64,000 nucleotides of DNA from Macrostomum lignano (Eukaryota), in assembly GCA_002269645.1 (NCBI GenBank), contig NIVC01001824.1:48073-112072 (forward strand), given 5' to 3'. The position numbers and the translations under genes were made by a program. Below, in pieces: positions 56,150 through 64,000 of the stretch; the first letter of the stretch is position 1, and each line of letters opens with the position of its first letter. Below the pieces are notes generated by a model, which worked only from the letters and a program-made list of their open reading frames with translations, was not told the DNA's origin and ran no database searches.

Positions 56150-56640
56150 GGTCCTTGTCTTTTGAGTTCGGGTCTTTGTCCATGTGTTTTTCCACGCAGT
56201 ATGGGTCTTTGTCCATCCAGTTAGGGTCTTTGTCCATCCAGTTAGGGTCTTTGTCCATCCAGTTAGGGTCTTTGTCCATCCAGTTAGGGTCTTTGTCCAT
56301 CCAGTTAGGGTCTTTGTCCATCCAGTTAGGGTCTTTGTCCATCCAGTTAGAGGGGCTTTTTCCATCCAGTTAGGGTATTTTTCCATCAAGTTCGGGTCTT
56401 TGTCCATCAAGTTCGGGTCTTTGTCCATCCAGTTAGGGTCTTTGTCCATCCAGTTAGGGTCTTTATCCATCCAGTTAGGGTCTTTGTCCATCCAGTTAGG
56501 GTCTTTGTCCATCCAGTTAGGGTCTTTGTCCATCCAGTTAGATGGGCTTTTTCCATCCAGTTAGGGTATTTTTCCATCAAGTTCGGGTCTTTGTCTCTCC
56601 AGTTAGAGGGTCTTTTTCCATCCATTGAGGGTCTTCGCCT
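56150..56640. repeat. 21-bp minisatellite
   Basis: Unit GGGTCTTTGTCCATCCAGTTA. Confidence 0.94.
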
Positions 56641-57281
56641 ATCCAGTTCGGGTCTCTGTCAAGTATTTTTAGGTACGTTTTTCTGTAAAATAATTAACGA
56701 AGCACATGCATCAGTACATTGACATATGGCCAAGCATGCTTAAATGGAATTTACTGCACGGCTTGTGATTTACTGCACAGTCGCGTGATATATCTATGTC
56801 TATGGCTAAAACCAGAAGAATGCTTTGCCCATAAATCAATGAATCTATCACTAGGTTCCTTCGTGCGTAAATAGTCTTGGCACGAGTGCGCTACGCACTC
56901 GAAACCTAGAGATAAATCTACCATTTGTACTTATATACGTGTTTGAGTTATATATTTTTCTGTAAAATAATTGACGAAGCACATGCATCAGTACATTTGT
57001 ACTTATATACGTGTTTGAGTTATATATTTGACCTTTGGCCAAACTTATATATTCTATGGGAATTCCTGACGCTTGATAATTAGTGGAGTATTCCCATTCA
57101 GAAAAGTACATTTCTGAGACTGCTCGGTTCTTACTCTACTCTGAAACTTTGGTCTATGGTAGTTCTAGAACTCAACAAAACTGTTTAGAATTGAGTCGGC
57201 GACTTTGAAATTGATCAGTTTAAGCGGCATTTTAGCTTTTAGATTTATTATTATAGTTAATACGAGCTCAGTTTTCATAGC

Positions 57282-60109
57282 ATGCCTTGCATCACTAGAA
57301 ATCGTTCTAATCTGCTTAATAACAATCATTCGAAATCGACAATTAAAAAAGTCAATAGCAAGCAGGAAAGCGGCGTCAAAGCTACTATAAGTAGTAGCAA
57401 TAATAACGGTAGCACAAATTGTCGCCAATTGCGAAGTAGCAGAGACGCTAAACTTATCTCGCATTCGCAGCGACCGAGTCAGCAACAGCAGCAGAACCAG
57501 AAGCATGCAAAATTTTCGAGTAGTACAACCGCTTCTTCTACTTCTACTACTGTTAGCAGCAGTAGTAATAGTAGTAGCTCGTCGTCCGAATCGCGTCGGC
57601 AAAGCCATAAACGGCGGCGAATGTCGGCAAAATCTGCGACCGACGCGACTCCAGACGCCAATTCGAAGTCAAAGTCTGCAACAATTGCCGCTGCTACTAA
57701 AAGACGGCGGAGTGACGAACAGTCGGTCGGATCTGCTAGGCTTCTCGACGTCAGAAGCGGGCCTTGTTCCCGGCTGGCCAAGGCGGAACTGAAGGTGAGC
57801 GCCTGTTTATTTTCTATAAATTTATTGTTTTTTAACTTGTAGTTAATTATTAGTTTCACTCGAGGGATCGCCCTCAATCTCCCGTCTTCTCACCCTAAGA
57901 ATCGTCCCCAATGTCTCATCTCACCCTAAGAATCGTCCCCAATGTCTCATCTCACCCTAAGGATCGCCCTCACCCTAAGGATCGCCCTCAATCTCCCATC
58001 TCACCCTGAGTATCGCCCTCCATCTCTCATCTCACCCTAAGGATCGCCCTCAATCTCCCATCTCACCCTGAGTATCGCCCTCCATCTCTCATCTCACCCT
58101 AAGGATCGCCCTCAATCTCCCATCTCACCCTGAGTATCGCCCTCACCCTAAGAATCGTCCCCTATGTCTCATCTCACCCTAAGGATCGCCCTCAATCTCC
58201 CATCTCACCCTGAGAATCGCTCTCAATCTCCCATCTCTCCCTAAGGATCGCCCTCAATCTCCCATCTCTCCCTAAGGATCGCCCTCAATCTCCCATCTCT
58301 CCCTAAGGATCGCCCTCAATCTCTCCCTAAGGTTCACCTTCAGTCTCCCATCTCAACCTAAGGATCGCCCTCCATTCCCATCTCACCCTAAGGATCGCCC
58401 TCAATCTCCCATCTCTCCCAAGAATCGTCCTCAATCTCCTAGCTCACTCTGAGAATCGCCCTTAATCTCCCATCTTTCCCTAAGGATCGCCTCAACCTCA
58501 CATCTCACTCTAAGAATTGTCCCCAATGTCAAATTCCCTTCGTATACTTTATAATCTCCAAGCGCAAAGCCTACTCCAGAGATTGTAGAATTATCAGCCG
58601 AGTGAGCTCCTCTCCTTTGTCAAAAAATTCTTTGACTGCACAAAGCTTAACTCAAACGCCCGTATAAGAAGAAATTAGAATCTGTCCTTTTTATGCTGGT
58701 CAAATTTTCTATTCTTACAATCGAATGGTCGATCACGATTTCTAATGCGGGCGCGATGGTGTACTCTCTTTCTTTTCTTTGTCCCTTTCTCTCTCTCGAT
58801 AGAATAGGATTCTTCTGATTAATTTTTCTCATAAAACCCCCCATTCGCTGTCGCTGCTCAGGCCCTAATTAACGACTCTACATTCGCCAACTTGTCGCCG
58901 GATGCGCAGAGTCGCCTACTGCCCCTGTTCCCGGCCTGCGACGTTGTTTCTGACAGCGGCGACGATAAATCGACAAGAAGTTTCGACAAAGAGATTCAAT
59001 TGAAGTGTGGCGCTCTAAGCAACGAGTTTCTGGCCGACAATCTGGCCGATTTCTCTCGTCAACTGCGTCGTTGCTCTGTCGTCACGGATGCCTCCGTCCA
59101 ATCGACGTCGATTTCAACTTCGACTTCGACGAAAATTGATGACCAGTTTGTGAAGCCACTGGCTCCGCCACCGGTGGCCACGGCCGCTATGGACAGGCGT
59201 CGTCGTAGTCAGCGTGTCAGCGCCGCCACCGCTGCCGATACGGCTTCTTCGAAGTCGGAATTGCCCGCGTCGTCGACGATAACAACTGAAAATAATTCGA
59301 CAACGACATATCCACCAACGGCGTCGAGAAAACCAGTCAAACCGGCTCGGAATGTTACCCGCACTCTGGCTGCCGTGCGCGAGGCGATACGAGCCAAGAG
59401 GGTTGCATTTCAACGGGAACGTCTGGCGTCTGCGGCGCCCGCTACCACGTCCGATTCTAGTTCCGGGTTGCATGTTGATTCTTCTTCGATTGTCGGCGGT
59501 GACACTTCCGGTTCGGATGTCTGCGCTACTTCCGTTGCCACTTCCGTGTCGGATGTCTGCGCTACTTCCGGTGCCACTTCCGTTATGGATGTCTGCGCTA
59601 CTTCCGGTGCCACTTCCGGTATGGATGTCTGCGCTACTTCCGGTGCCACTTCCGGTATGGATGTCTGCGCTACTTCCGGTGCCACTTCTATAATGGATGT
59701 CTGCGCTACTTCCGGTGCCACTTCTATAATGGATGTCTGCGCTACTTCCGGTGCCACTTCCGGTATGGATGTCTGCGCTACTTCCGGTGCCACTTCCGGT
59801 ATGGATGTCTGCGCGACTTCCGGTGCCACTTCCGGTATGGATGTCTGCGCTACTTCCGTTTCAAGTTTCGCTCCTGTTAGTAGTTCCGATTCAGCTCAAT
59901 GTTCAACTTCTACGTTGGATTTAGCCACGTCAGATTTAACGCGTTGCGTTTCCGGTTCCGCGACGGAAGCGGGAAGTAGTTCCGGTTGTTCTCTGTTTGT
60001 GAGCCGTTCCTCGACCAAAGATTCGTGCAAATTGGGATTGCCTACATGGAGTAAGTCAGCTAGGCAACCGGAAATGACCGTTGTCAAGCCCGATGAGCAG
60101 GTTCACTGA
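57282..60109 (+). CDS. Asx/ASXL-like DEUBAD (ASXH) domain protein
   Basis: Exons 57281-57794 (AAG|gtgagc) and 58862-60109 (ctcag|GCC) join in frame to give SRLAKAELKALINDSTFANLSPDAQSRLLPLFPACD...ALSNEFL, matching DEUBAD (NLRALIN..TF..LP...Q.RLL.LLPEVD..SALNNEFF). The 5' and 3' ends are uncertain. Confidence 0.75.
57865..58530. repeat. ~31-bp minisatellite in the DEUBAD gene intron
   Basis: Unit CTCACCCTAAGGATCGCCCTCAATCTCCCAT. Confidence 0.92.
59517..59857 (+). repeat. In-frame 36-bp coding tandem repeat (DVCATSGATSGM)
   Basis: GATGTCTGCGCTACTTCCGGTGCCACTTCCGGTATG, about 9-10 copies inside the open exon. Confidence 0.92.
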
Positions 60110-60589
60110 TTCCCTACTACATGAGTCGGCGAATTTGCAGCCAAGTTAGTTGTCAAAATTTTCGATGTTCTAGACAAGTATTATCGCTACTAATAGTAGA
60201 CTTGTCGCGTATTGTGTCGAAGCTTTTCGTCTGGTGTAATTGTTCCAGAAAACCGAATCATTTCTTGCCATTTACAAGAAATCAAAATAGGATGAAGTTT
60301 CGTTTTTGTGCGCTTGTCGTTTTTCTCCGTGATTAATCGTTACAGTGAGCAATGAAATAAGTAGCATGTTGATGACGGCCGCGTTAATCGTGTTTTGTAC
60401 ACGAAGTTCTTGAGCTTACTTAGCTTTCATTTTTTCACAAATTGTACTTCGCGTTCCAATGCCATCTCGAGGCTTATGTAATTAATAGGTTAAATAAAAA
60501 TTTCCATCGTATCTTCCTTTAGTAAAGATCAAGATCTACAATTGTGTTCAAGATTACCGGTTTTTCTAATCATTCAATTTTTAGTGAAT

Positions 60590-61190
60590 CAGTCCCTAGA
60601 ATCTCTCAGTCACCTGTGACTCAGTCCCTCAAATCCTTCACTCACCTGTGAATCAGTCTCTCAGATCCCTCACTCACCTGTGAATCAGTCCCTCAGATCC
60701 CTCCCTCACCTGTGAATCAGTCCCTCAGATCCCTCACTCACCTGTGAATCAGTCCCTCAGATCCCTCACTCACCTGTGAATCAGTCTCTCAGATCCCTCA
60801 CTCACCTGTGAATCAGTCCCTCAGATCCCTCACTCACCTGTGAATCAGTCCCTCAGATCCCTCACTCATCTGTGAATCAGTCTCTCAGATCCCTCACTCA
60901 CCTGTGAATCAGTCTCTCAGATCCCTCACTCACCTGTGAATCAGTCCCTCAGATCCCTCACTCACCTGTGAATCAGTCCCTCAAACCCCTCACTCACCTG
61001 TGAATCGGTCCTTGAGATCCCTCACTCACCTGTGAATCAGTCCCTCAAACCCCTCACTCACCTGTGAATCAGTCCCTCAAACCCCTCACTCACCTGTGAA
61101 TCGGTCCTTGCGATCCTTCACTCACCTGTGAATCAGTCCCTAAAACCCCTCACTCACCTGTGAATCAGTCCCTCAAACCCCTCACATGTC
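60590..61190. repeat. 32-bp minisatellite
   Basis: Unit CAGTCCCTCAGATCCCTCACTCACCTGTGAAT. Confidence 0.95.
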
Positions 61191-61899
61191 AGTCAAGTCA
61201 GGTGACCAGTAATACCCTGATCTGCTGTGAATCAAAGAACCAGTTCGTCAAGATCTGCTGTGTTGTTGCACAAATCGAGGATATCATATTTCAAGTTTTA
61301 TATATTCAAGCGATTCCCTTGTCCCTGTTGGTTTTATTGCTTAGAAATCGTGTGCTTATTATTAATATGAAGCTTGTAAGCTTTACAACCTATTCTCTAT
61401 AATAAAGCCTAATTTATTGAAGTGGCCAGTCTCGCCGTCAACTCAGTGTTACTGTATAACTAGCGAATCACTTTTTCCCATTGTTTCCGTTGCATTTCTT
61501 TTTTGTAATATTTTTACTCTTATTAATATTTAATACGTGTCATTGATTTTGCCAACAAGCAGTACAGTTCTTTTTTGTACTACTAACAATTTTTGTACTA
61601 CTAACAAAAGTAGGATCGATCGAGAATAAGAGATCTTTAATGATTTACCAGTTTGGAATCGTTAGCATGTGGACGATTCAGCATTTTGTTTAGTCAGTGT
61701 AATTTGTTTGCACTGACTAGTGTATTTGGCTTTATTACTAACAGCTGCTGCCGTGACTGATTTATTTGTAATAAATTTCAGAGCTATAGAACAGCTGACA
61801 AATCATATTGAGTGTGTAATTCTGTGTTTGGGTTCAGTGTACGTTTTTAATTTGCCTTTTTGGCTCTAATGAAATCGATACTAGATAATCACCCTTCCA

Positions 61900-62290
61900 C
61901 AGAATATATTCTGTGCACCCTTCTACCAGATCAATAATCATCAACTACCAGATTGATAGTCACTCCCTACCAGATCGATAATCACCCTTCTACCGAATCG
62001 ATAAACATTATCTACCAGATCGATAATCATCCCCTACCAAATCGATAATCACCACCTACCAAATCAATAAACATTATCTACCAGATCGATAGTCACCCCT
62101 AACAGATCGATAATCACCCCCTACCAGACTGATAATAATAACCTACCAGACCAATAATCATCACCTACCAGACTGATAATCATCACCTACCAGACCAATA
62201 ATCATCACCTACCAGACTGATAATCATCACCTACCAGACAGATAATCATCACCTACCAGAGCAATAATCATCACCTACCAGACTGATAAT
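61900..62290. repeat. ~21-bp degenerate minisatellite
   Basis: CTACCAGATCGATAATCATCAC-type units ending about 15 nt before an acceptor. Confidence 0.88.
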
Positions 62291-62306
62291 CGCCCATCCG
62301 CTCCAG

Positions 62307-63832
62307 CACCGATCAGCACCAAGTCGAGGCTCCACTCGGCAGGCGCCGCACCTTCTGGCGCTCCCATCCGAAATCCTTGTTGAAATTCTTCGCTACCTGC
62401 GACTGGCCGACGTACCCGCCGTGTCGGCCACCTGCCGCCACCTGAACAGTCTGCTTCATGGACCAGGCGCTAGTCAGGGCCTATGGCGCAGTCTCCATGG
62501 CAACGGCTTAGCCAACGATGAAGCTCGCAAAGTTCTGCCTGTACTGCAGCCTGTGTTCCCCTGCGACTGCAATGTCTGGTTAGTTCCAATACTGATTTGT
62601 GATTTCTAGTGCGCTTAAACTGTAAACCCTTCAGTTTAATTCTGAAGTGCTCAGTCAGAGCTGCTCAAACTCTGTTGATGTGGCCAATGAGGCCGCATTC
62701 ACTTGGGGCTTGTGTGCACGAGAATTGGCCAAATCCCCATGGCAGAGACAGAGTACATGCCTGTTGACTAGGAATTCAGGGCTGCGGGACGATGTCGACG
62801 AAGGCGTTGCGCCCGGGTGCCCGCAGGGGTCCATGAGATTTGCCCGCCGAGGTTTTCCCGCAATGCCTTTTTACTGCAGGCGCCTTTATAGCCACCCGGC
62901 AGCTGGAAATAAGCATATCTCTGGCTTCTAAGAAACCTTAGTTTCCAAGAATTCCATAGTTTCTAAAATATTTCCAAGAAATCCCTAGAGAAATGTCTAA
63001 TTTCCAAAATATTACTGGTTTCTAGTTTCAGTTTACAAGAAATCTCTAGCTTCCAAAAAGGATGAGTTTCCAAGAAACATTTTGCTTCTTATTTGTTTCT
63101 AAGAAATCTGGTTTCCGAGAAATCCCTAGTTTCTAAGAAATTTCTAGTTTCTGAGAAATCCATAGTTTCTAAGAAATCCTTTGTTTTCAACAAATATTTG
63201 ATTTCTAGTATCAGCTTCCAAAGAAATCTATAGATTCCAAAAAATACATGGTTTTTAGGAAATGCTAGTTATTCAAAAACCCTATTTTCCAAGAAACCCT
63301 TATTTTTTCCAAGAAACTCCTATTTTCCCAAGAAATCCCTAGTTTCCAGTATCAGCTTCCAGGAAATCGATAGATTCTAGGAAATGCTATTTTCCAAGAA
63401 ACAGCTTGTTTTCCTCTCCTTTTCCCTGACGCCGCAGCTCCGCCGCGTTCCTCGGTTCGGCTTATCGCGACGAGCTTCGCGCCGGCGCCGCCTGGCACCG
63501 CGGCCGGCCCTTGGAGTCGACGCTGTGCAATTTCAAACCGGCACGCCACCAGCGAGGCGGCCATCAACGGCCGGCGGTGCTGGCCATGCCCTGCCTGCAG
63601 CTGCACGGCAGCCAGCTGGTCTATAGTCAGGAGAATCGACTGTATCGACTCAGACTCAACGCCGGAGATTGTTGGCAACGCCTGGTTGCTACGGACGCCT
63701 ATCGCGGCTCGGTGGGCGCCGCCGATGTCACGGCGTTGTCCGTCGAATCGCCGGCCGACGGCGGTCGGGCTCTTGTTGGCACCGGGATGGCCGGCTGCTG
63801 CTGTGGGCTTCTGACGGCGCCGGGCCGCCCAG
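62307..63832 (+). CDS. FBXW4: F-box/WD40 protein, FBXW4 (dactylin)-like; partial, continues beyond the window; apparent 1-nt deletion near 63780
   Basis: Exon 62307-62578 encodes an F-box (LLALPSEILVEILRYLRLADVPAVSATCRHL..LWRSL). Exon 63438-63832 (ccgcag|, phase 2) gives YRDELRAGAAWHRGRPLESTL..AMPCLQLHGSQLVYSQENRL, resembling FBXW4 (VKVSQNWRLGRCREGIL..QMPWMQLEDDSLYISQANFI). Confidence 0.68.
62930..63400. repeat. Degenerate ~19-bp repeat in the F-box gene intron
   Basis: TTTCCAAGAAATCCCTAG-like units. Confidence 0.8.
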
Positions 63833-63844
63833 GTAATTATTTCG

Positions 63845-64000
63845 AATCTGATTTGGCGCCACTTTTGTCACTCCAATTTGGCGCTAATTTTTGTCACTCC
63901 GATTTGCGCCAATTTTTGTCACTCCAATTTGGCGCCAATTTTTGTCACTCCAATTTGGCGCCAATTTTTGTCACATCAATTTGGCGCCACTTTTATCACC
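63845..64000. repeat. 26-bp minisatellite after the donor at 63833
   Basis: Unit TTTGGCGCCAATTTTTGTCACTCCAA. Confidence 0.9.

Noticed and set aside
56096-56625. MDKDPNW heptapeptide-repeat ORFs
   Set aside because: A 21-bp array open in several frames, with no unique flanking domain or evidence of exon status.
62647-62931. 94-aa GC-rich ORF inside the F-box gene
   Set aside because: The phase does not fit the flanking exons, there is no donor, and no recognisable motif; the 62578-63438 join already restores the FBXW4-like frame.

Overview
Eukaryotic (animal) genomic DNA with GC-rich exons. Almost every longer intron is filled by its own private tandem repeat, a style consistent with a free-living flatworm such as Macrostomum (inference only). 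Genes I could reconstruct by splicing: SSRP1 (+, with an apparent 1-nt frameshift), a universal stress protein (+), a single-exon Toll-like LRR transmembrane protein without TIR (+), a WWP1/ITCH-type C2-4xWW-HECT ligase (-), a short SLAIN-like protein (+), TMEM72-like (+), an Asx/ASXL-like DEUBAD protein (+) and the 5' part of an FBXW4-like gene (+). A candidate unannotated 5-exon gene lies on the minus strand at 44.2-46.9 kb. Mobile DNA includes a tRNA-derived CORE-SINE, a Penelope fragment, mariner and hAT relics, a Merlin deletion derivative with TIRs and an 8-bp TSD, two MITEs with 8-bp TSDs, and two foldback-like structures with minisatellite arms. Most long ORFs in the supplied track are artefacts of reading tandem repeats. 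No CRISPR, rRNA or functional tRNA genes were found. All homology calls come from recognising motifs by eye, not from database searches.
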